Shown: in pieces, positions 17,594 through 26,347 of the stretch
Layout: the number at the start of each line of letters is the position of its first letter
Position numbering within the stretch: the first letter of the stretch is position 1
Assembly (NCBI GenBank): GCA_033763315.1
Contig: JANRKS010000002.1
Coordinates: 416,001 to 480,000 of the forward strand
Length of the DNA: 64,000 bases
Direction: 5' to 3'
From: Deltaproteobacteria bacterium
GTDB lineage: Bacteria > Myxococcota_A > Polyangia > Fen-1088
Notes under the pieces: model-generated
Told to the model about the DNA's origin: nothing
What the model saw: the letters and a program-made list of their open reading frames with translations, nothing else
The model's database searches: none
Made by a program: the position numbers and the translations under genes

Positions 17594-18691
17594 ATGGGTT
17601 TTTTCGGACGTAGCGACACCCGCATTCCGCCTGAGCCCGAACCCCAGGTGCTGAGCCCGTCCGATATGGGGCTCGACACCCTGGCGGCCGTTGTACGCAT
17701 TTTAGGTGAGTACCCGTTTGACCAAGAAAAGATGACGGGGGCGGCTTTTTCTCGATTGGCCGAGCAGTGGGCCCGTCACGTCACCACGGGCACGCCCTCA
17801 CCCAACGGAGGCGGTGCCAGCACGGCCTTGTCTGAAGCCCGCCGCGACTGGACGGGTGTGCGCAACTTCGTCACTGAGTATTGCAGCGGGGCCACTTCGC
17901 ACACGCGTACCGTGCTCGGCGATTTGCGCCAGGTGATCTGGGTGTTCATCCAGAACCTCAGCCATCAAATGCGTTCTGAGGAAGCGGCCGACGGCAAAGT
18001 CAAAGTTCAGCTTGAGCGCCTGGAGAAACTCGCCGTGGCGTCAGAACCTTCCACGTTGAAGAAGGAAGTGTTGTCCACGGTGATCGAACTTGGGCGCGTG
18101 ATGGACGAGCGCCGGCAAGCGCAAAGGCAGCGCGTGAACGAACTCGGCAACCAAGTCAAGGTGCTGGGCCAAGAGCTGGACGTCACGCGAAGGCAAAGCG
18201 AAGTGGATGCCCTCACGCAGCTTTACAACCGCCGGGCCTTTGACGAATACCTGGAGCGCACTTTGGAACTGCAGCGTGTTTTCAATCAAGACGCCTGCTT
18301 GATGTTCATTGATGTCGACAATTTCAAAACCATCAACGACACCCATGGACACCCCGTGGGCGACGAGGTGTTGCGTAAAGTGGCGGACGCTGTCACACGC
18401 TTGTTTATCCGCAAAAGCGATTTCGTCGCGCGCTTCGGTGGCGACGAAATCGCCGTGGTCTTGCGGGAAACCAGTGCCAAGGAGGCCAAAGGCCTTGCAA
18501 TACGCTTGCTGAATTTGCTGCGTGCGCTGGAAATCGAACGCGACGGTGTTCTCGTGAAGGTTCGCGCCTCCGTCGGTGGCGCCAGCGCTATGATCGGCGA
18601 CACTTGCTCAACATGGATGGAGCGCACTGATCGGGCGTTGTACGAGGCGAAGCGCGCGGGGCGGGATCAAGCGGTGGTGGCCGGTGCCTAA
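17594..18691 (+). CDS. Diguanylate cyclase (GGDEF domain)
   Basis: DALTQLYNRR, DVDNFKTINDTHGHPVGD, RKSD (RxxD I-site) then RFGGDEI, DRALYEAKRAGRD. Confidence 0.92.
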   Translation: MGFFGRSDTRIPPEPEPQVLSPSDMGLDTLAAVVRILGEYPFDQEKMTGAAFSRLAEQWARHVTTGTPSPNGGGASTALSEARRDWTGVRNFVTEYCSGATSHTRTVLGDLRQVIWVFIQNLSHQMRSEEAADGKVKVQLERLEKLAVASEPSTLKKEVLSTVIELGRVMDERRQAQRQRVNELGNQVKVLGQELDVTRRQSEVDALTQLYNRRAFDEYLERTLELQRVFNQDACLMFIDVDNFKTINDTHGHPVGDEVLRKVADAVTRLFIRKSDFVARFGGDEIAVVLRETSAKEAKGLAIRLLNLLRALEIERDGVLVKVRASVGGASAMIGDTCSTWMERTDRALYEAKRAGRDQAVVAGA

Positions 18692-19524
18692 CCGCGACGA
18701 GCGGTGTCTATCGCAAGCTCCGTCAAGGGCACCAGCGTCTCACGTACATAACGCCCATTGTTGATGGTGGCTGCGTCCGGCTTGGTCTCGGCCAGTTCGC
18801 ATTCGTCTTCAACCATGATCCAGCCCGCGTACTGCGTATCGCGCAGGTGTTTGACGATGCCCGAAAAATCGATGACGCCGCTTCCCATCGGGGCCCATCG
18901 TTTGTCGGCAAACATGTCTTTGAAATGCACATGGTTTATCCGCGAGCGGTACTGCTTCACAATGTGCAGCGGGTCCATTCCACCGCGGGCGATGTGCCCC
19001 GAATCTGGCGCGTACCCGATGAGATCTTGCCTTAGCCCTTGCAGCAAGATTTCGTAATCTTCGGCGGTTCGAAACACGGAACCGGCGGGCGAGTTCGGAT
19101 GATACGTGCAGGGGATGCCCTGGTCGGTGGCCCTTTGCGCCACGGCGTTCACACAGGCAATCAAGTTCTTTTGCCGTTCACGCAGGTTTTCGCGATCGGG
19201 GCCGGGCATCTGGCAAAGCACAAACATCGTGCCCGGAAAGTGTTTCAGGAAGTTGATGTAATGGTCTGCATGCGTGCGTTCGCTTTCGGCTTCCTTGGTG
19301 CCCAACCAATCTTCAACCAGACAGATGGCCCCAAGGTCTATGCCTGCGGCCGCCACGGCGTCCTTGGCAAGCAGAGGATCGGCCAAATCGCCGAGCATCA
19401 CGACCTCGGGTTCAAGACCTGCAAATCCAGCTTGCTTTCCGATAGACAAGATATGCGGAATGCGGCCTTTGTAGGCATCCCCGGACATGAGCCACGTATA
19501 GGTTTGGCAACCAAATCGAATCAT
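18688..19524 (-). CDS. Sugar phosphate isomerase/epimerase (IolE-like TIM barrel)
   Basis: YHPN, PDSGH, HVHFKD, G.GVIDF, WIMVEDE motifs. Confidence 0.88.
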   Translation of the reverse strand: MIRFGCQTYTWLMSGDAYKGRIPHILSIGKQAGFAGLEPEVVMLGDLADPLLAKDAVAAAGIDLGAICLVEDWLGTKEAESERTHADHYINFLKHFPGTMFVLCQMPGPDRENLRERQKNLIACVNAVAQRATDQGIPCTYHPNSPAGSVFRTAEDYEILLQGLRQDLIGYAPDSGHIARGGMDPLHIVKQYRSRINHVHFKDMFADKRWAPMGSGVIDFSGIVKHLRDTQYAGWIMVEDECELAETKPDAATINNGRYVRETLVPLTELAIDTARRG

Positions 19525-19525
19525 T

Positions 19526-20326
19526 TCAGTTCTCCAATAACCATTGCGTCGTCGCTTGGTTGAACTCTTCCAACGCTTCCCAATGGTGTACGTGGCCACC
19601 ACCAGCAAAGAGTCTCAATTCGCTGCTCGCGATCCGCTCGTGCAGGTATTCGGAAAAGCGCATGGGCGTGAAAATATCGTGCGTACCAACGGTTAAGAGG
19701 GTTGGCACATCGATCTTGTGGACCTCGTTTGTTGTGTCGTGTTCGATGCACGCCACGCATTGTGCCTCGAATGCCGCGAGCGGCATCCACGCATCGTCGC
19801 TGGCCGCCGCACGTTGCGCTTGCACAAGCTCGGCGAGGTTGGCTTGCATGTACGCCGGGGTCCAGATCCACAATTGAAGCAACTGCACAAAATCTTCGGG
19901 CTTCAGAGCCGCGCGGGCTTTGGCGAAATGCTGGAAAATCGCGCGGGCGTATTCATCACACTTCGCCCAGGTGCATACCAACACCAAACTGCGCACCACA
20001 TCTGGATGCCGCAGCGCCAACCGTTGTGCGATCGCGCCGCCCATGGAAATGCCCGCGACGCGCACCTTGCCTAACCCCAGAGCCTTGATAAGGCCGGCAT
20101 AGTCATCCGCCATTTGCGCAGTCGTGTACGGACCCTTGGGTTTGTCGCTTTGCCCTGTGCCACGGTTATCAACTAGAAAACAGCGAAACCGCTTTGCATA
20201 AGCTTGTGCGTGCAGATCCCAAACCTGACCATCGGCGCCCAGTCCCATAATCAAAACCAATGGATCGCCCGTGCCGCGTTCTTCGTAGGCCAAGCGGATA
20301 CCGTTGCTTTGCACGAACCTCATCAT
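19526..20326 (-). CDS. Alpha/beta fold hydrolase
   Basis: DNRGTGQS, GISMGG nucleophile elbow, catalytic D (THDIFTP) and H (GGGH). Confidence 0.93.
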   Translation of the reverse strand: MMRFVQSNGIRLAYEERGTGDPLVLIMGLGADGQVWDLHAQAYAKRFRCFLVDNRGTGQSDKPKGPYTTAQMADDYAGLIKALGLGKVRVAGISMGGAIAQRLALRHPDVVRSLVLVCTWAKCDEYARAIFQHFAKARAALKPEDFVQLLQLWIWTPAYMQANLAELVQAQRAAASDDAWMPLAAFEAQCVACIEHDTTNEVHKIDVPTLLTVGTHDIFTPMRFSEYLHERIASSELRLFAGGGHVHHWEALEEFNQATTQWLLEN

Positions 20327-21240
20327 GAGATTTGTATTCCTTGCGCGAGCGCGCGTACGTAGGACACAGCGCTAAGCGCGTCCCTTTGGGTTGTAGGACA
20401 GAAGCAGAAATCAAGACACCACCATTGCAGGTTCTGCAACGCGGGATGGAGCGCCTGCAGCACCTCAGGGAAATCAATGTGCCCTTGGCCAAACGGCGTG
20501 TGTGTTGAGGTTTCGTTCTCGTGCAACGAGCCGTCGGAGTCCATGAGGTGCACATGTCCAATGTGTGGCGCAAGCATTTGCGCGTACTGCGCTAACCCGC
20601 CCGCGAGGACCTCCGGCTTGCCTGTGTGGCGTGCCCCAACCACCGCCCCCATGTAACTGTGGCTGGTGTCGAACAGAATCTTGAACGCAGGGTGCTCCAC
20701 TTGCCGCACCAGCCGCAGCACTTCGGAAGGCTTGTTCAACCAGAACCCGGGCTCATACTCCCACACCACCGTGACATCTCCCTGGGCGCACAGGGCTGCG
20801 GCCTTGCGCCACGTGGTGACCAACTGTTCAAAGCGGCGTTCGTATTGCACCGGATCAAGCGCCACAGGAGGCGACACGGTATCGACGCGCAAGATCTTAA
20901 TGTCGAGGTCGGCCATGAAGTCGAGGCACGACTGCACGACAGCAATATAGGAGTCAGGAGATGCGACAGCCGGGGGGACCGCATGAAAGTCTGGCGCGTA
21001 TCCGGAAATCCCTAGGCCGAGGTCATCCAAGTACCGTTTGAGACCCATCCGTTTGGCCCGCGACTCATAGTCCGCCGGGTGAGGGTGGGGGCGAAAGCCG
21101 TTGATCTCAACACCATCATATCCGGCGTCGGCGGTGTACTTGCAGAATGCCTCGAAGGACCACGGGTTGTTGGCGAAGGGACCAAACGAAAAGGCCCAAC
21201 TTCCCAGCGAGATCCTTGGTTTGAGCGCTTGCCGGCTCAT
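20323..21240 (-). CDS. Sugar phosphate isomerase/epimerase (xylose isomerase-like TIM barrel)
   Basis: GYDGVEI, WEYEPG, FDTSH, HVHLMDSDG, G.GHIDF motifs. Confidence 0.88.
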   Translation of the reverse strand: MSRQALKPRISLGSWAFSFGPFANNPWSFEAFCKYTADAGYDGVEINGFRPHPHPADYESRAKRMGLKRYLDDLGLGISGYAPDFHAVPPAVASPDSYIAVVQSCLDFMADLDIKILRVDTVSPPVALDPVQYERRFEQLVTTWRKAAALCAQGDVTVVWEYEPGFWLNKPSEVLRLVRQVEHPAFKILFDTSHSYMGAVVGARHTGKPEVLAGGLAQYAQMLAPHIGHVHLMDSDGSLHENETSTHTPFGQGHIDFPEVLQALHPALQNLQWWCLDFCFCPTTQRDALSAVSYVRALAQGIQIS

Positions 21241-21348
21241 AGCTGATCTGAGGTCACCTTTTGCCACCGTGTCGTCACAGACTCGTCGCCTAACTTACGC
21301 GCAACGCGCCCCAAACGCAGATTAGGGTCACGCCGTCTTGGAGGACTC

Positions 21349-23466
21349 ATGATTCAACGCTTATTTCTATTCCGTACATTGGCCACCGCTATAGTGCTTT
21401 CTTCCTGTTTTGCAGCCTGTGGAGAACAAGAGGAGAAGATCGGGGGCGACTTGGCCTTCGAACTCACAGCGGGCCCGGATGTGCGCTTGGGCACTGTTAA
21501 CTATGCGGTGTCCGGCAATGGATTCATGAAGAATGGCACCATCGACGCTTCGGCAAGCAGCCAGATCTCCGGCCGCATCGGTGGCATTCCTTCGGGTCAG
21601 GGCTTCGCTTTGTTGCTCACGGCGACGGCGGCCAACGACCCCGGCATCAAGTGCGAGGGCAAGGCCAACTTCAACATCGCCGCTGGCGCTGTCACGCAGG
21701 TGTTTGTGAACGTGCAGTGCCGCTTGCCGGCAAAAACTGGCACCGTCGTGATCAACGGCAAGGTCAATGTTTGTCCCATCATCGATGCTGTTGATGTCCT
21801 GCCAGCCGAAAGTCTTGTGGGCGGTTCGGTGTTCTTGAAGGTGCAAGCGCACGATACCGATTCAAGCCACGCGGCCGTGGCCTACGCGTGGACGAGTACC
21901 GTGGGCGCCGTGACGGGCGCCACGCTCGCTTCGGCGTCCACCTTGTGCAGCACCGCTGGCAGCGGCACCGTAACGGTGACGGTCACGGATGGTGATTGCA
22001 GCGACACTGTGGCTGTGCCGGTGTTATGCACGCCCCTTCCCAACGCCACCGATGCCGCCGTGCCCACAGACGCACCAGCTGCGGCCCCAGCCGTGGTGAA
22101 GGTGAACGAAGTGGAATCCAATGCGGGCGTTCCGGGTGATTGGGTTGAGCTCTACAATGCCGGCTCCACCGCGGCCGATCTGTCATCGTGGGTCTTCAAA
22201 GACAACGACGACACGCACGTGTACACCATCCCCAGCGGAACCACTCTGGCGCCGGGCGCGTTCTTGGTTATCGACGAATCAAGCCTTGGCTTTGGCTTGG
22301 GCGGCGGCGATTCAGCACGCGTGTTCGACAACACCGGGACTTTGGTTGATAGCTACACATGGACGGCACACGCCGCCATCACCTACGCACGTTGCCCCGA
22401 TGGATTCGGCGCCTTCGCTTCGAGCGCCGCCTCCACGAAGGGCAGCGCCAACAATTGCGGCGTTGTGGTTGTGCCTGACGCGGCCGCGCCCGACGCTTCG
22501 GCACCGGATGCAGGCGTCGCCACGTTGCCCTGGCCGGGCCCCGACAATGTGGTGACGGTGGACGAGCTCAACCAGTTTGGGGACAACTTGAGCGGCCTGC
22601 ACTACGAGGACGCCACCGCCACCAGCCCAACGGTGTTGTGGGGCGTTTTAAACAGCCCCTCGTTGCTCTATCGTTTGCTGTGGAACGGCTCCACGTGGGC
22701 TTCGGATCCAAGCAACGGTTGGATGGCCGGGAAGACCCTGCGCTATCCCTCGGGCACGGGCAACCCCGATAGCGAGGGCATCACGCGCGCTGAAGCGGGC
22801 TCAACCGCGATGTATATCAGCACCGAGCGTAACAACGACGCGAGCTCAGTCAGCCGCCTGAGCATCCTGCGCGTTGACACCTCCGCTGCGGGCCTGGAGC
22901 TTGTGGCCACGAACGAATGGAACATCAATGCGGATCTGCCCGTGGTGGGCGCCAACTTGGGGCTTGAAGCCATTACGTGGATCCCCGATACGTACCTCGT
23001 GGCCAATGGCCTGCGTGATCAGAACACCAACTTGCCCTACAACCCCGGCAACTACGCGAACCACGGCACGGGCTTGTTCTTTGTGGGTGTTGAAGGCACA
23101 GGCATGATTTACGCCTACGCCCTGGATCACAGCGGCAGCAACTATAAACGCATCGCCTCTTTCTCAAGCGGCCAAGCCGCTGTGATGGACCTGGCGTTTG
23201 ATCGAGCGACAGGTGCGTTGTGGTCAGATTGCGACAACACGTGCGGCAACACGAACACCATCTTGGGCCTTGTTGGCGGCGACTTCGTTGTGCGTAAGAA
23301 ACTGCTGCGCCCCACGACGCTGCCGGACTCGAACAACGAAGGCATCACCTTCGCTCCCGAATCCGCATGCGTGGGTGGCACCAAACCATTCTTCTGGTCC
23401 GATGATTCACACTTCGCGGGCCACGCCTTGCGCCAAGGCTTCGTGAACTGCGGCCCACTGTTCTAG
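21349..23466 (+). CDS. Lamin-tail-domain lipoprotein with Ig-like N-terminus and C-terminal phytase/esterase-like propeller
   Basis: RBS GGAGG; lipobox FAAC; KVNEVES..DWVELYN..DLSSW LTD signature; NLSGL, DSEGIT, GLEAITW, NNEGIT propeller motifs. Confidence 0.82.
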   Translation: MIQRLFLFRTLATAIVLSSCFAACGEQEEKIGGDLAFELTAGPDVRLGTVNYAVSGNGFMKNGTIDASASSQISGRIGGIPSGQGFALLLTATAANDPGIKCEGKANFNIAAGAVTQVFVNVQCRLPAKTGTVVINGKVNVCPIIDAVDVLPAESLVGGSVFLKVQAHDTDSSHAAVAYAWTSTVGAVTGATLASASTLCSTAGSGTVTVTVTDGDCSDTVAVPVLCTPLPNATDAAVPTDAPAAAPAVVKVNEVESNAGVPGDWVELYNAGSTAADLSSWVFKDNDDTHVYTIPSGTTLAPGAFLVIDESSLGFGLGGGDSARVFDNTGTLVDSYTWTAHAAITYARCPDGFGAFASSAASTKGSANNCGVVVVPDAAAPDASAPDAGVATLPWPGPDNVVTVDELNQFGDNLSGLHYEDATATSPTVLWGVLNSPSLLYRLLWNGSTWASDPSNGWMAGKTLRYPSGTGNPDSEGITRAEAGSTAMYISTERNNDASSVSRLSILRVDTSAAGLELVATNEWNINADLPVVGANLGLEAITWIPDTYLVANGLRDQNTNLPYNPGNYANHGTGLFFVGVEGTGMIYAYALDHSGSNYKRIASFSSGQAAVMDLAFDRATGALWSDCDNTCGNTNTILGLVGGDFVVRKKLLRPTTLPDSNNEGITFAPESACVGGTKPFFWSDDSHFAGHALRQGFVNCGPLF

Positions 23467-24272
23467 GGTGTCTTCGATGCCACGGTCTCGCGGCGTGCAG
23501 GTGCGTCTGCGCGGACGGGCCACGGCACTTCCACCGTCTCGTCCAAACTAAGCCGCCCTTCGCCCATGTTCATAAGTTTCACTGACACCAAGAGATCGGC
23601 GAATTTCCAGGTAAACGTGCGCGCTTGGTAAAGCGGCAAGGGCAAGGTGATCGCACCTGCGGGCCGACTGGCCGGATCGCCGTAAAGGGAGGTCATGGCT
23701 TGCTTGGCTGCCTCGAACTCGGCAAGCGCTAAACCATCGTCGATGCCATGGAAGCTGCGCGCGTACGAAACGTGCCGCAGCGGGTGTTGGGGGCTATCAA
23801 AAACGAACAACAACCGTCCGCGCGATCGCGCGCGCCTGCGGTCCGTTAGAACATCTGCAGGCACATCACTGCACGAAAGGCGCACCTGAGGGTTCCGCTC
23901 CTTCGGGCTGCGCCGGTAAAGCATGGAAGCGCCCGTCACAGAGTCCAAGCCCTTGGCCTTGGCAGTTTCGACTTCCTGCCGTTTTGCCTCACGCGCTTGC
24001 TGCATCAGCGCCCGTATCGAGGTGTCGGGGCAATCTAGCTGCTTTGCCGCCAGCGTGGCCTTCAAGGTGTCTGCCTTTAGCAGACCAACATCAAATCCCA
24101 GCCCCCGCGACACCGGCGCACGGGCGCCGGCGGCGGGTTCCGAGAAAGCTGGCAATTCATCCACCAGCTTCATCATGCCGGCCATGCGGTATCGGTAATA
24201 GCCATAGGAAGCGGCGGTGAGCACAACCATTGTTGCGCCCACGCCCACCAACGCTTTTTGCCAACGCCGCAT
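23463..24272 (-). CDS. Hypothetical membrane-anchored protein
   Basis: 269 aa, N-terminal TM helix; 15 bp downstream of the globin gene, same strand. Confidence 0.65.
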   Translation of the reverse strand: MRRWQKALVGVGATMVVLTAASYGYYRYRMAGMMKLVDELPAFSEPAAGARAPVSRGLGFDVGLLKADTLKATLAAKQLDCPDTSIRALMQQAREAKRQEVETAKAKGLDSVTGASMLYRRSPKERNPQVRLSCSDVPADVLTDRRRARSRGRLLFVFDSPQHPLRHVSYARSFHGIDDGLALAEFEAAKQAMTSLYGDPASRPAGAITLPLPLYQARTFTWKFADLLVSVKLMNMGEGRLSLDETVEVPWPVRADAPARRETVASKTP

Positions 24273-24287
24273 AGTCGTCCTCGTTCC

Positions 24288-25988
24288 TTATTGTGCCAAA
24301 GCGAACGATCGCAACACCACAGCGCCGCCCAGATCAGCGACCTTGGTTGCCGCGCCCGTGGCGAGGTTCACTGTGTACAAGGCCGACACGCCGCCCACGT
24401 TCAACACAGCGTAGCCGACGTTCATCGGCGGACGAATGTCGAAGCCAGCGTTTGCCGAAGTGTCTACACCCAGCGGACCCACGTCTGCCACGACACCACC
24501 GTTGGGCGAGGGCATACCATCGACGCCGCCGATGCGAACCAACTTGTCGCTGGCGGAATCGATCCCAAACAACGTTGTCACTGTGGCACCGTCGCGGCTG
24601 TTTGTGTAGGCCACTGCCACCACGTTGCCTGCGGGGGAAAGCGCCGTGTCCGTTGCCGCTACGGTTCCCATATCGGGGTGAAGGCGCAGGCTTTGTTCTT
24701 CATCGCTTGTAAGGCGGATGCGATCCACCGTGGGGTTAAAGTCAAAGCCGAACGCTGTGCCTACCAATGCGGGTGTCAAAGGCGTCGTGCCCACCATCGT
24801 CAACGCGCCCGTCGCCGCGTTCACTTCATAAAGCCGGCTGGTGCTGCCGAGCACGTAAAGCTTGCCACCCTTGGGGCGTGTGGTGATGGCCAGCGCGGTT
24901 TCGCCTGAGGCCAACCCGGTGAGTGCCAGCGGGGTGCTGACGGTGCCTGGCGTGGTGACATCAAATTTCACCAGCTTGCTATCGGTGGTTAAGCCATACG
25001 CCAAACCGGCACAACCTGGGCCCGCCACAATGTCGGAGCACAAGGGCGCCAAAGCGCCAAGAATGGCGTTGACGTCGGCGGCGGCCACCGTAGGAAAGTC
25101 GGTGGCAAACGTTGTTTGCAGATCTTCCACCAGAGCGCCGAAGTCGCTGATCAGCAGGCCACGCGCGCCCGCGCCACCCGCGGCAGGATTCGTTAAACCT
25201 TTGTGTGAGGACAGCATGTCGCGGCAGACGGCCGTCTTCGACACGCCCGGTTCACCGTCCACTTCTTTGCCGTACTTCACCGGACCATCGATGCTCGACA
25301 CTTGCCGAACCAAGCAGGTCTTGAGGCGAGGAATCATGGTGGTTCCGAAGAACCCATTGATGCGCACATCCGCGGCCACGCGGCCGACGAAGGCATCAAT
25401 CACTGCGGCCACGGCGGGTTTGCGGCCAACACGCTGGTACACGGTTTTGTTGTTGGTGGGGTCTTCAACGATGTCGGCCTTCATCGGCAACAAGGCGCCG
25501 GCGATGGTGCCGATGTCGGCTGTGCTCACCCCGGCGGCGGTGGCGGCGGCCACAAAATGCCCCACCAGATCGTCGAAGTCGACTTGCGAGATGCCCAAGC
25601 CCTTGTGAGAGTCTTTCATGTTGCGGCAACCGGGAGCTGGGTATTGTTCCGGGCCTCCCGTGGCGTTGCCCAATTGCAGATCCAGGCAGCGGATCACGTT
25701 GCCGCCGTCAACCGTTGAGTTCAAGAAGTAGCCGTTGATCTTCGGATCCTTGAGAACGCGGTTCACAACGAAGTCAGTCACCACGGTGTTGATGCCAGTC
25801 GCTCCCCCCAAGCGTTGGTACAAGGAGGTGGTTGCGTCGCCGCTGCCCGCGTCTGTGTTTGCGGCGGTGTCAGCACCTGGGGCATCGACGCTTGCGTCTA
25901 TGACCACGTTGTCGTCATCATCGTCGCAGCCGCCCAACACGCCGAAGCTCGCCGCAACACCTAGGGCCATCAAGTTCTTCCAGTTCAT
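24288..25988 (-). CDS. Lipoprotein with two group-1 truncated globin domains and a C-terminal DUF4394 domain
   Basis: Lipobox LGGC; SLYQRLGG...GGPEQY...MKDSHKGLGIS and TVYQRVG...MLSSHKGL; DUF4394 signature GFDFNPTVDRIR, AYTNS, LFGID. Confidence 0.85.
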   Translation of the reverse strand: MNWKNLMALGVAASFGVLGGCDDDDDNVVIDASVDAPGADTAANTDAGSGDATTSLYQRLGGATGINTVVTDFVVNRVLKDPKINGYFLNSTVDGGNVIRCLDLQLGNATGGPEQYPAPGCRNMKDSHKGLGISQVDFDDLVGHFVAAATAAGVSTADIGTIAGALLPMKADIVEDPTNNKTVYQRVGRKPAVAAVIDAFVGRVAADVRINGFFGTTMIPRLKTCLVRQVSSIDGPVKYGKEVDGEPGVSKTAVCRDMLSSHKGLTNPAAGGAGARGLLISDFGALVEDLQTTFATDFPTVAAADVNAILGALAPLCSDIVAGPGCAGLAYGLTTDSKLVKFDVTTPGTVSTPLALTGLASGETALAITTRPKGGKLYVLGSTSRLYEVNAATGALTMVGTTPLTPALVGTAFGFDFNPTVDRIRLTSDEEQSLRLHPDMGTVAATDTALSPAGNVVAVAYTNSRDGATVTTLFGIDSASDKLVRIGGVDGMPSPNGGVVADVGPLGVDTSANAGFDIRPPMNVGYAVLNVGGVSALYTVNLATGAATKVADLGGAVVLRSFALAQ

Positions 25989-26041
25989 ATACCCACCTCT
26001 GTTTTTCGTTAATCGCCACCTGAGGGGGTGGCGTAGCGGTG

Positions 26042-26067
26042 TACGCCCGTCGGTGGTTAATGGATCT
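26042..26067 (-). promoter_or_regulatory. Putative ECF sigma promoter for the globin-DUF4394 operon
   Basis: Minus strand AGATCC-N16-CGTA, about 55 nt upstream of the ATG at 25988. Confidence 0.55.
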
Positions 26068-26347
26068 TCCTGAAGTGCTCTTTTTGTAATGTACCGACAT
26101 CACAGGTGCAGCCCTCCCGTCCCGCCAATCACCGAGCAGCCCTAAAACGCCGCTGTCCTAGCCGCCGCTCTGCAACGTTCGCGCCGTCCAGTCCTGGCGG
26201 GCCATTTTGGTGGAAACGTATTGATTGGCCCGGCGCTGCCGCCGTGGCTGTCAGCAATGCAACCCGGGCTGTGTTACGCAGGGACCTCACTAGCGTTTAA
26301 GGCGGGTGGCCTGGGTAACGTTAAGGCAGTGCCTTACGCACTCAGGT

